A stretch of DNA of 62,906 nucleotides, filler included, from Reticulomyxa filosa (lineage: Eukaryota; Protista; Foraminifera): assembly GCA_000512085.1 (NCBI GenBank). It is 21 parts of 21 records of this genome, joined end to end, with 100 filler letters (N's around TTAATTAATTAA, not from the genome) between each part and the next. Parts side by side here need not be neighbours in the genome. Positions count along the whole stretch, not along the records: positions 50,083 to 61,805 come from ASPP01038552.1; positions 61,906 to 62,906 come from ASPP01014926.1; 19 more parts are not named here. One strand, written 5' to 3'. Shown here piece by piece: positions 51,391 to 62,906 of the stretch. How positions within the stretch are numbered: the first letter of the stretch is position 1; every line of letters begins with the position of its first letter. Both the position numbers and the translations under genes were made by a program. The notes under the pieces were generated by a model. That model saw only the letters and a program-made list of their open reading frames with translations, had not been told where the DNA came from and searched no databases.

Positions 51391-52473
51391 TGTCTCAGTT
51401 GTTCCGTCCTTTTCCATCATTTTACTTTTTTTCAATTTTTTAAAATTTCTTTGTCTTGTGCTCTTACACTTATTGCATACTTAAAAAAAATAAAAATGTT
51501 GAATACTTCTGCTTTTTGCATTTTTAAGAAATAAGCATGGTATATCAATAGCAAACAAAAATTAGTTATTTTTATCAACAAAGTAATTAATTAAAACTTG
51601 TTAGATATTTCCAACCATTTGAGACTTAAGCAAAATGCACATAGACAATACCAATCCAAAAAAAAATCCCAAATAGCTCTTTTACTTATTTTAAAAAAAA
51701 AAAAAATGTTATAATCTGTGGTGTCTTGACTTTCCACACAATACTTACTATTCAGTTCTTCCATCTTGGGAAACTGATATCATATATCTTACCAAATAAC
51801 CTTTTAATATCCTTTCGCTTTTAAATCGTTTTTGTTTAACCATTTGAATTATTCTTTTGTTGAGTAATTTTTAATGTATCCATTATTATTCAAAAGTTTT
51901 AACAGTCAAAGTTTTTCTGTGTATTTCGAAGCATGTGCAATTTCACAAAAGGGCAATATTACTTCTTTTCTTAACCTAGGGCTTGACATTTTTCTTTAAT
52001 TATTGTTATTTGTGCATGACATTCTTTCAATCCCTTATCTATATTAACTACTTGTTTTAAGAGCTGCAATATTTAAAGATTCTTTTAATAGTAATAGAGA
52101 TGACCAAACCAAAGGTTTCAACAGCCACAAATCACATTGACACTTTTAAACTTGTGAATATGCAGTGATTTTTGAATATCGCCTTTACATTTGTTGACAC
52201 CTAATCCTGGTGTCTGTTCCAACAATATTCTTTTGACTAATTTCAACAAAAATTAAGAATTAAATTATTTGTCCATTGCTTGTATTATTTTTCAAAACGT
52301 GCACATTTGTTAAGAAATGCAAAATTGTCAATAGATACGTATATTCAATTATCTCATTTCACAATTGATAGCCAAGCACTGAACAAATTGTGAAACATTG
52401 CCACAGCTTCATCAAAATATGACAGTTAAAAAAAAATTGCATCAGAATCAATTTTTTAAGTACATAATTACAA

Positions 52474-55400
52474 TTATGTGTATGACTTAGAAAATTTTAT
52501 TCGGTAGGCATCAACAAGTGCATCACCTTTCGATCCACCAGTATTTCTGAGCACTTCTTCGGAAATTAAGTTTGTCAACAAATCGGCGCCTTTTACAGAA
52601 TTAATGTCCAAATCTTTGCATCGACCACCTGTAATTCGAGCTATTTCTTCAAAATTTTGTCTTGCTCGTGCATCCACAAAAAAGGCGTGCACAGGAATGC
52701 TACGTTGTTTCAAGAGTAACAATTCATCTTCATAGTACGTAGGACTGGCGAATAATTCCGTATTTCGCCAATAATCATCTCCGTCCTCAGTCCTTCCGAT
52801 AAAGTAGGTCTGAGGGAAGCTCATCTTCCTCTTTTGTAGTACTTCCGGTGCCAAATCGGATGTCCTGAGAGAACAATCCTTTCTTTTTTCCGTTACATCT
52901 TTTTTTGTATTTGCCGGTGCATCTCCAATCAAGATGACTTGTGAAACCTCGTCTTTTGCACACTCTCTGTTGACATGAGTCAATCCAACTTCAATTGCTT
53001 CATTACCCCATCCATATTCAGCCACCACACCTTCCATAAAACTGCGCAGATTGTCAGGCTTTGATTCCCAAGGGGAAACTTGTAAAATCTTGTCTTCAGG
53101 TGCATTATAATTTCGATAAACCACAAATTGCATTTCAAAAATATTGGAAGAATATCCACTTTCCTTTAAAATATCTGTGATACGCTCAAACATAATGCTT
53201 ACTGTATTTTTTGCTTTTTGCAACAAATGAGACATGGAGCCAGTTGCATCCATAAGAACCACTGTACGCGAAGAGGTTTCCTCTGCCGCTCCTCGATTTT
53301 GTTCACAAAGCTTTTTCTTCACCTCAGAAATCCTATTATTCTTCAGCATTGCAATCAAATCGTTTGCTAGTTTGTGTTCTTCTTTAACTTTTTCCACAAA
53401 TTTTTGACTCTCTGCATATTGAGTCTTGAAGTACATATTTCTCTTTTCATTAAGCATTGGATAAAAGTTTCCCGAGCTTCGTGCTTTTTCAATATCTTTT
53501 GGAGTGATTAAAAATCTTTCAAGTAATTTGTCACACAATATCAAACTGTAGGAACCATATCCTGCTTGTCTGGCCGTTCGTCCTTTGATTTGCATCTCCT
53601 CTGATAGCTCTTCAGAAAGGAAAGCTTGAATCACATGAGGACCACCATTGGCAGATACAATTTGATCACGACACACAAAGTCGGTTCCTCTTCCAAATTC
53701 TTTGGTAAATAGCCCAACTTGACCAGATGTGGTGGCACGTTTAATTAACGATTCTTTCTCTTGAAGAAATGTTTCTTCTGTCATCACAATTGCATTACTT
53801 TTGATCGGAAGAAAGTTGGATGACTCATAAAATTCCATCAATTGTTTTTTGGTCTCAAAGAATACCAACACAGCTCGGTTTGTTCCTAAAGTTTTCCCTA
53901 CAAGTCGATCGTCAATTTCTTTTTTTAGTATGATGAAATAATCATTTTCATCGACAATAAGAATATCCTGTTGTTCTACAAAGACAAGATTATTCTTTCC
54001 AAACAAAGATGGCATATATGTATGTTTAAATATATTGTAGTCCTTTTCTATCACTTTTTGTTCTGGTTCACTCAATGTCTCCAATGTTCCACTCATTCCC
54101 ATAATGCAAGAGAAATTTTTGGGAACCTCGGCATACGAGAAATTTCCAATTTTAAAGGAAAGGAATATGTTATTTTTGAAGCTTTCGATACTAATCCGTT
54201 TGTTTGCATATTCGTGATAATATGCAAATAAAGTCTTGTATCCATAGCGCACATTGTAACAAATGTTATCTTGTTCATTATAGCCAATCTTGTCATTGCT
54301 CACTTGATATCCATGAGATTCAAATTTTTTAACATCATTCAACATATCTTTAATTGCTTCATTCAACAATAAGTCCCATTCTTTCAATGCATTACAGCAT
54401 TCTTTATATTCATCAGATCTCTTCACATCCTTTAATTTTAGCTTGGTTGATCTATTTTGCCAAATGAAATCAATAAGCTTAGTAATGGAGCCATGTCGTA
54501 CAGTGGCCGCGGGTGAATAACAACTGCCATAAAACTCTTTGTTAAAAAACACATCAACCTCGTCAATCAAGAGAATTTTTGCACGAGTCACACGTGGAAT
54601 TGCCTGAGCTCTTTGCCTTGTCAGGGAGAATTAAGTTTTCCACGAGTTTGCGTATATCACCTCCTTCATTAATCACTCGTTCGCAAAGTTTATTGAAAGT
54701 GTCATAATGGATATGATCAATCACACCCAATATATTAAACAACGACTCAAAATTTTTGAAATCTCTGGCGCTCAAATATTCGCTGTATGATGCACAACTT
54801 ACATCAAAGCCAAGCAATGCCAATACACAACAAGTGACTGCCAAAGTCACTGATTTCCCTTCTCCTGTCCCAATCTGAATTAAATTGTTGGTTAATTTAA
54901 TTTGCCTATGTCAATGTCCAACATACGAAATATGGCAATCACTTGAGCTGGATGCGGTTGTATCAAATAATCCTTTTGATCACGCACACCTTTGGCATCA
55001 TGATAAAATTGTGCATTCTGAAGTGTCCACAATGCAAAAATGTAGGCCATTATAGTCGGGATTTTGTCTCGAATATTTGTATCCCACTTTATGTTATTAG
55101 ATTTTTGTTCGATACTTGGAGTATGAATTTTTACATTATTTGCAATTGTTGCGAGATTATTGTCATTCCTTATCAAATTTTCTTTTATTATCTTCTGGTA
55201 CGTGCTTAAAAATTCCGCATACCTTTTGGACAATTTTGTTTTGTCTATTGCGTCACCTTTGATCCCAATATGTTGCAAAACATAGTCAATCCCATGTGCT
55301 TGGGTTTTCTGATTGAATAATGCAATAGTATATCCTCTGAAGATACTGTGTTCAGCAACAATCTTCTCACCCAATCCAGTTTCATCTTTTTCTAAGCTTA

Positions 55401-58400
55401 ACGCCAACGTTGGAGTATTGCTACTATCTTTGTGCTTTCGTTTATAAGCGCTCAAGAGTTCGTCGATACGTTTATTAATTTCATCCTTGAAACTGTAAAT
55501 ACGCACAGATATTTCCTTCATTTTTAATAGCGATGGTATTATTTTTTCTTGGCTTAAGTCTTCCATCGCTTCTTTTTCCAATTGACTGACTCGATATCTC
55601 ACTATGGAGTTAATAGCTTCAATTTGAGATTTCACGATACTTGGAAAGATGGAATGTTTTCCCATGAAAGTCAAGCAACAGTGACCCTGATTGATATAAT
55701 CACAATCGAAGGCAGTCCAAGATGAGCCCATTTTCACCGTGCAATTGTGTATTCCTTTTGTAATATAACGGACAATTCTTTAATACTTCGACATTGGCCA
55801 CGTGGGATTTCCATTGTGATATCTGCTTTATAAACTCGAGCTTTGGTTTGAGTTGTCTGAAAAATCGATCCCTTTCAACATCATTCGTTAAGGCTTTGTT
55901 ATCAATGATACCCTCACTCACAATTGATTCGGTTATCTTTTCCAACTGATAATTAAAGTTATATGTTATTTCGGAATAAGTGAACAGTTTCACTTCTCCA
56001 GAAATATTACAATGCGTCTTTCTTTTCATGAATATTTTCACATCTCTCCAAAGTGTGTTCTTTTCGTTGGTAACTATTTTTATAATATCTAGCGCAACTA
56101 ATAAACTTTCATCATTCATCTCTTGCATTGCCTTCTCATATTTTGCCCGCAACAGATTAAAAGCAGAAATTATTTGGTATCCAAGTCTTTGATTTTGTCA
56201 TTAAAGTCGTCAGGTAGAATCTCCTCTTTGTTTTTATTTTCTTTCATTTCGAGTGTGTCTTTTTTCAATGTCATACACTCCAGCACCAATATAAGAGATT
56301 TTTCCACTATTTCAATTGTGCTTGTATCCATATCAAAATGATCTGAAAAAGCAAAATGAGTGACAATATTATTGTGGCATTTGTCAAAATTATTGATTAG
56401 TGTATCACGAGCAATGCTGATACATCTATTGAGCTCCGGCATTTTTTCCTGGAATACAAGTTTATAACGAAATAATTCTTTCAATTGCTCCAATGCTCCT
56501 TTAATATCGTCTTCGGCCCATTTTTTCTCTAAGCTGTTGCTAATTTTTTGAGTTATTTCTGTAAGATTAGCTTTGATCAATTCCGTTTGATTAGATGTAC
56601 CATTGTTGAGCAATTTGCAAATATCTTCCACATTTTTAGATTTGATTACACCATTTACTTCCTCATTTTCATTTTTTATTCGATACTGAATTTCTTTTTC
56701 GCATGCAACAATTTCTTCTTCAAGATCACTTTTCATGGGTTCGGGCAATGTCTTCAGCACTGATTTACAGAGTTGAATACGTTTTTCAATATCCCATTGA
56801 TTTAATTGGCCTGCTTTGCTACAAATATCTTTTAATTGTTCCCGAATTTTTTGAGTGATATCTCCTTGAATTTTTCTCCATGTTTCTTTGTACATTGCAG
56901 TCGTTTCCATGATTTTTTTCAGCTTTTCATACAATTCTTTGGGAGGACACGAGGAATATGGATTCAACGTACGTTCTTCCAAGTTGATGTCTTTGTATTG
57001 CTTCACAATGTCATCCAACTTATTTACAATTGTTTTCTCGAGTGTATTGACACGATTCTTAATATCATTGGTATCTTCTGTTGTTTTATTAGAAGAAATG
57101 GGTTCACAATAATTACTTAAAATGCCCACAATTCTTCGAATCAGTTTAATTTTATTTTCCGCCTCCAAAAAATTTGAAGCATTTACCGATGCATCCACCG
57201 TGCCCAATACCATTTCCATCCATTGTTGGAAGGCTGCTTTCGTATCATCTTCCTTCTTTTCAATATCTTCTTGTGTCTTTTCATCCACAAATTCAATGAC
57301 ATATTGTTTCGCTTCTTTGATTTGTTGAAGCTGTCTCTCAATTGTTTCAATTTCTTTCAAATCAATGTCATTTTCCCCTAAAAAGATCACCTTCATCCAA
57401 GTGCTTTGAGTCAACTCTTTCAAGGATCGCGTCAGAGAGTTTTGGCTTGCTTGAATACATCTTCGACACGAGCATCACCATCTGCACGCTGTTTGATTTT
57501 TGATATCTCTGACGCCACGTCCACATAACGACATTGGTTAATTGCTTCCAACATAGGTCTTGTATCAATCAGGTCGTTGACGATCTTCTTTTGATATTCC
57601 AGAAATAGATCGCGGAATTGACAATCTGGCCTGGCAAAGTTGTCCAATGCACACAAGGCTTTGGCCACAGCAATTTTGCTTTTCAAAGGTTTCAAATTGG
57701 TCAGCTTCACAGCATTGAGCATCGCATCGGAGAGATCCAAATGGATTTGTCGCAATCGACTACAGAATTTTTCCATGATATCATTTGGGAAGTATTCGAA
57801 TAGCATGGGATGGCAATCGTTTAGTTTTTTCACCTCATTCAATCGATTGTATGTGATTTCTACTTGTTCAATCATTTGCGCATTGTCATTGTCCTCGCTT
57901 TCATTGACGCGTGACAAATTGAGTTGATGTTGGACCATGTTGGCATATTCTCGTAAAAAGCGGTCGATCAAAGTGAGCGTATCGGCGATTTCTTGTTTCA
58001 AAGGAAAGAGTGTCTTTTCGATTTCTTTTGTGACTTTCTCCTCGCCACGTGTGTCAGATGGAGGATGAGAGGACACCTTGTGAACTTACCACTTGTGGTG
58101 TTAGTTGAAAAGACACTGGCCTTGCATTGCTTCAAGTACAGCAAAGTCTTTTCAATTCGCGCGGGATCCAATACGTCAAAGTAATAGCCATTGTTATTGG
58201 CTAGCTTTGCGATTTCGCGTTCGTACTGTCGAATCTTGCCATTCAACTCGTGTTCATTTTGTATCAGTCTTTGAATTTCACTGTCTGTAAAATGGTATGT
58301 TTTTAATGACTCGGAGATTAGTTCCAACGACGAGCCCTCGTTTTTCAATAACTCCTCATATTTTTTTTTTATTTGTGTCATGTCATTCAGATCACTCTTT

Positions 58401-61400
58401 AATTTGCTTATCTGCTGTTCCTGCGTATGTTTACTTGCACTTTCTTTTTGTTTCAAATTGTACATTTCCTTTTCTTCTTCCCTTTTTGCTTGTCGCACTT
58501 GATCGATGGACGAGTACCCATTTTTTCTCAAAAAGCTAATGATGGCCCTTCTCTTACTCTTAGTGCTGTCATTACACAGTAGACCATACCGAACTTCAAT
58601 ATCACACAATTGATCCAGTTGCTGGTTGCATATGATACTGTCTTCTTGAAATCGCTCGTTTTGGATTGCAAACATGCTATTTGCACTTTGCAATTCCTCC
58701 TCAATGTTGGCGATCTTGCGGTCAATATCCTGTGCATTTTTATATTTCATTTGATGCAAATACGAATTGGCCTTACGGACACCCTCTGTGCACGACTTGA
58801 TTTGAATTAGGTTGTATTTGATCTCCTCTTGTTTAGTTGCACTTTTCTTCTCCAGCGCAAATTCGCGCTGAATGGCAGCCAATGTATCTCGAATGGGCTG
58901 TTCCAATTGACACACAATTTCTTGGCGATGATGTGTTAGTTCTGGAATCACCTCTTCCAATCGACGCAACTTTTCCAAATGCATAATAATCTTGTGTGCT
59001 TCATCGAATTGCTCACAGCAATCCAAGTCCAATTCCAATTCCTCACTTCGTTGTTGCAACTCCCATAAATGTGATATCAAACTCTTTTTAATAACATCCA
59101 TTGAATTGCTTGTTCCTCCTTCATGACGCTCATTAATCCAATTGGATCGACTCACACATAACACACATTCATACAGACGATTGTAGTCCAATGTCGTATT
59201 AGGCTTGCTCAGTGAACTCATCATTCTATTAATATCGCTTTGCACTTCACGCACAAATGCGAAAATTCTTTCGATTATTTGATAGTACTGTCCTTCTGTT
59301 CTTTGCTTCACTGGTCCCATGCTTCGCAGATCATCCATCACCAAAATTATATCCTTGATCTTGTCAAGTGCTTCATATCTCTGCGTTTCAAACAGACACG
59401 CAATCTTTTGTCCCATTTTCTCCAAATATCCAACTATTTCACTCACAAATGAACTGGCCAACTCTCTTGCCGATTTATCAAGACCTACATGTGCACAAGG
59501 CAATTCAAACGCGCTTGAGGCAGAGTCCAAAATAACAAATTTAGCTTGCAAAATACCCACATCCGTTTTATCAAGTTTTTCAACTCGAACATGACCAAGT
59601 TCAACTTTTTTGTCTTCCCCCTTTTTTTCATTTTCACTTTCGGTAAGGTTGTCAGTGTCTCTTTTTGTTGACTTTTTCAACACACAAAGTCCTTCTTCCT
59701 TGGTGTGTTTCAAATGTCTTAGCAATCCCCTTTCCAAATCTTCAATCTCTTTTTGAATGTCAATCACAGAGCACAGATGTTCGTGAAGAGGCATCGCCTT
59801 TCCAAGTTTTTCTATTTCCATTCGAAACTCTGCAAAATTATTCTCTTTGAAAAACTTTTTTGCCTCCTCGATACTCTTTTCAATCCCCGTTTGTAGCTTT
59901 TGACAAATATTGGTATAAGTGGCAGTGAAAGTAGGGAAGCATGCTTGCACTTGTGCAATCTTGTCCAAAGGTACTTGAAGGGCACTCATATCTTCTTCCA
60001 TTTGAGTTTGAATAATGCGTATGATATCGTTAATTTGTTTTTCGAGATTTTGATCCAGCGAATCGGCACAAATGGCATCAGGTAAAAAATGTTGCAACTC
60101 TGCTGCAGAGGTAAGTTTGTCGACAACTTTTTGATAGGCCAAAACATCATCTTTGCAAATGGGATGTAAGGAAGTGATGTGCGTATTGAACATTGATTTG
60201 GAGCTTTCACATGTTTGATTCCATTCTTTGGTCAGCTTTGCGATGCAATCATTATACTCATGTTCAATATCTTCATTCTTCAAAACCGAGTTCAAATCCT
60301 TGAGCTCACTCAACTTTATTTTGGCAAGTTTGTAGTCTCCATTTCGAAAAGATAACTCAATATTTTCTTTGTGTTTTTGCACTTGTGCATGGACGGCATA
60401 ATTGGAGGATTCGGAGACAAAAGGATGAAAGACTTCGTCTGGATGTTTGATGAACTTGTCCAATTCCACAAGTTTTTTCAATAAGTTCTTTGGTGATGTC
60501 TTCAATAAATCGGGTGCATTGACACCACCTTCTGTTTTGTCGACAATGTCCTCCAAAATTGCAACGTATCCTTCATCTGACTCATTTTGTGGCATCCCCT
60601 CGCAAATTTGCTTCACTTCGGAGTGAATGAATTGCACCTTATTGTCGGGACATTTGGTGAACACGTACGAAAATGCAGTGAGATGGTCTTTAATTGAGGG
60701 CATAATTGCCACCAATGTGCGTGCCAAACTTTTAATACAACTCATTCGATAGCCTTGAGCGGTATAGCAAATCAACACCACTGGCTTGACACTGCGACAA
60801 TTTTGGAGTGCTCCAACGAGTCCAATACCATTGGCTACGTCGACCTCGGCGCCACTTGTATCTTCGAATCCTGGAGTGTCACAAAGTGCAACAGGCTCTT
60901 TTATTGAATATATACCCATGTCGGCAAGATTAATGGGGACAGCGGTAACATATCGTGTCACAGATTTCGTGCCAGGTTTTGTTTGGACATTTGTTAATGC
61001 GCTACTTTTAGTTTGAGTTGGAGCAATGTGAGGTACTCCATTCACAATCTGTTGTTCCAAAGTCGACCCCGCGAGATAATGAATTAATGTTGACTTCCCA
61101 ACTCCGGTGCCTCCGAGTAGCAATATCACATTTTGGTCTTTAATTGCTGTCGTTGTTTCCTCTGCTTTTTTTACTAACTCCAACATTAACCTGATATCAA
61201 AGTATTCGTCTTTTTGTCTGAATAAAGAGGGTTGGTCGAATGTATATTTTTTTCATCCTCATTGTCAATTGATATACGACTGGCTGTGTTTGTTTCTTTC
61301 GGCTTTGTTGTTGCTTTGTCCTTATGTATATACCTTTGTTTTTCTTCTTCTTCTTCTTCTTGATCTATATCGTTAGATGCATTATGTGTTGACTGCAAAG

Positions 61401-61790
61401 GATCTTGCTCATTACTCGATCCTTCTCTCTTTTCATTCGCTTGCACTTGTATTTCACTTTGTCCTTGCTCACCCTCAATCATATGCTCACTACATCTTTC
61501 GCCAGGACTAGAACTAGTCACCTTGAGCTGAAGCCACCATGTGCTGCTATCGTCCGCATATCGATCCATCCAAACACGTTCCAGCTCCTTGCCACTCTGA
61601 ATTTTGTTTTTGCTTTCGTCTTCTAAGTATTCGCCATGCGACAAACCTCCCAACACTTGCTTCAAATCTTCAAAGTGCTGCGCCCAATTCTCTTTGCCCA
61701 TTTCACCATAAAAATTTACATCATTTGACTTTTTTGGACACCATGTTATTCTCTTGTCGTCTTTCGTTATTCCCAAACATCTCTTTTTTT
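52474..61790 (-). CDS. Giant GTPase - helical stalk - SecA-like SF2 ATPase - vWA protein (~3,100 aa), broken by about seven frame changes
   Basis: Eight abutting or overlapping minus-strand ORFs. G1 LLLGGTGVGKST (~61090-61120), G3 DTPG (~60875), G4-like TKCP; SecA-like QPHPAQ, QIGTGEGKS (54851-54877), SYSEYLSARD, LIDEVD, GMSGT, FGRGTDF, QIKGRTARQ; vWA VVLMDATGSM (~53240), EAIEVGL, VILIGDAP. Confidence 0.85.
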
Positions 61791-61905
61791 TTAAAAAAAA
61801 AAAAANNNNNNNNNNNNNNNNNNNNNNNNNNNNNNNNNNNNNNNNNNNNTTAATTAATTAANNNNNNNNNNNNNNNNNNNNNNNNNNNNNNNNNNNNNNN
61901 NNNNN

Positions 61906-62906
61906 CGACGCCGGAATGGCCGGGTCGCCGTCCAGGATCTGCGCGTAACCCAGAATACTGTTCAGCGGCGTGCGCAGCTCGTGGCTGATGGCGGACACGT
62001 AGCGGCTCTTGGCCTGATTGGCTTGCTCGGCCGCTTCGCGGGCGCGCTTGAGCTGCTCGTCGGTGCGGCGGTGCGACTCGATCTCGGCCAGCAGCCGCGC
62101 CGTTTGGCGGTTGGACTCCTGCTGCGCCACCTCGCGGCTGCGCGCGGTCAGTACCATCCACCACGCCACCACGCCGCTTACCAGCAGCAGCACGGCAAAC
62201 AGCCGCCAGAACAATTGCGGCAGCCAGCCGTCGTAACCGCCGGCCACCGCGCCCTGCCACTCGATGTAATACAGCAAGCCCAGCACCAGCAACAGCACGC
62301 CGCCAATACCGGTCATCAGCAGCAGATAGTGGCCCAGCCCGTGCGCCAGATAAGGCTGCAATGCACGTGGCAACAGCTTTTTCAGCAAGGCAGACCACTG
62401 TGCGGCCAACCTTGCCTGTGGTTTGCAGGCGTCGCCACAGCGCACGTCCAGCGTGCAGCACAGCGAACAGATCATGCCCTGGTACGCCGGGCACGGCGCC
62501 ATGTCTTCGGCTTCGTAATCGCGCTCGCACACTACGCAGCGGTACTGGCTGGCGGCGGCGGCCAAGGTTGGCCGCGCGCTGTAGTAGCGCCCGGCCGTGG
62601 CCCAGGCCAACAGCGGCGCCGTGACAAAGGCCACCGCCATCGCCACGAATGGCGCCAAGGGCTGCCAGTGCATACCAAACACGCCAACGTGAGTGGCAAT
62701 CGACAGCAAGGACGCCAGCGCCATGGCGCCGACGCCGACCGGGTTGATGTCGTACAGGTAGCTGCGGCGAAACTCGATGCCGCGCGGGCTCAGCCCTAAC
62801 GGCTTGTTCACCACCAGGTCGGCCACCACCGCCATGATCCACGAGATGGCGATATTGGAATACAGCCCCAGCACCTGCCCCAGTGCGTGGAACACCTCCA
62901 GCTCCA
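61906..62906 (-). CDS. Bacterial sensor histidine kinase with permease-like membrane domain and Cys-rich linker, partial at both ends
   Basis: GC-rich and intronless; TM helices (YSNIAISWIMAVVADLVVNKPLGLSP, DINPVG), CVVC...CPAY..ICSLCC..D.RC.D.CK, and HisKA AEQANQAKSRYVSAISHELRTPLNSILGYAQIL. Confidence 0.88.

Noticed and set aside
52474-54960. Calling the SF2 ATPase a canonical secA from a bacterial contaminant
   Set aside because: It lacks recognisable SecA wing/scaffold and C-terminal regions, is fused to vWA and GTPase domains, and sits on an AT-rich contig with poly-A intron-like sequence and host-style pseudogene debris.
6380-61905. Regularly recurring TTAATTAATTAA palindrome flanked by Ns, superficially a repeat array or CRISPR
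   Set aside because: Fixed-length artificial contig spacer. ORFs ending in XXXLIN are artefacts, and gene neighbourhoods across spacers are meaningless.
61850-62842. Overlapping 330-aa (minus) and 272-aa (plus) ORFs on the bacterial contig
   Set aside because: Alternate-frame shadows typical of high-GC DNA; only the 345-aa frame has recognisable motifs.

Overview
This window is not one locus. It is 21 short contigs joined by 20 artificial 100-nt spacers (N44-TTAATTAATTAA-N44). Contigs 1-20 (1-61805) are AT-rich eukaryotic DNA with short GT-AG introns, TA/poly-A microsatellites, low-complexity coding repeats and many decayed gene copies. An EFL (EF-1alpha-like) remnant and the style of the WD40 family point to a rhizarian, most likely a foraminiferan such as Reticulomyxa filosa (inference). 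Recognisable genes: TKL-type kinase, GST, EF-hand protein, RGS protein, divergent actin, SPX-ankyrin protein, WD40 proteins, PDI-like protein, two-pore channel, SLC12A9-like cotransporter, XPF/ERCC4, Cys-less pentameric ligand-gated channel, UDP-sugar pyrophosphorylase, FHA protein, Kelch membrane protein, SppA, insulysin, USP and a NIPA Mg transporter, plus Tc1/mariner and non-LTR retroelement relics. The last contig (61906-62906) is GC-rich bacterial DNA encoding a permease-like sensor histidine kinase. Two architectures stand out: (1) a ~9.3 kb, nearly intron-free gene for a ~3,100-aa protein joining a TRAFAC GTPase, a long helical stalk, a SecA-like SF2 ATPase and a vWA domain, a candidate multi-NTPase defence or remodelling machine; (2) a two-pore channel with a cyclic-nucleotide-binding domain directly in front of its first transmembrane segment. 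All calls come from reading motifs by eye; no database searches were run.
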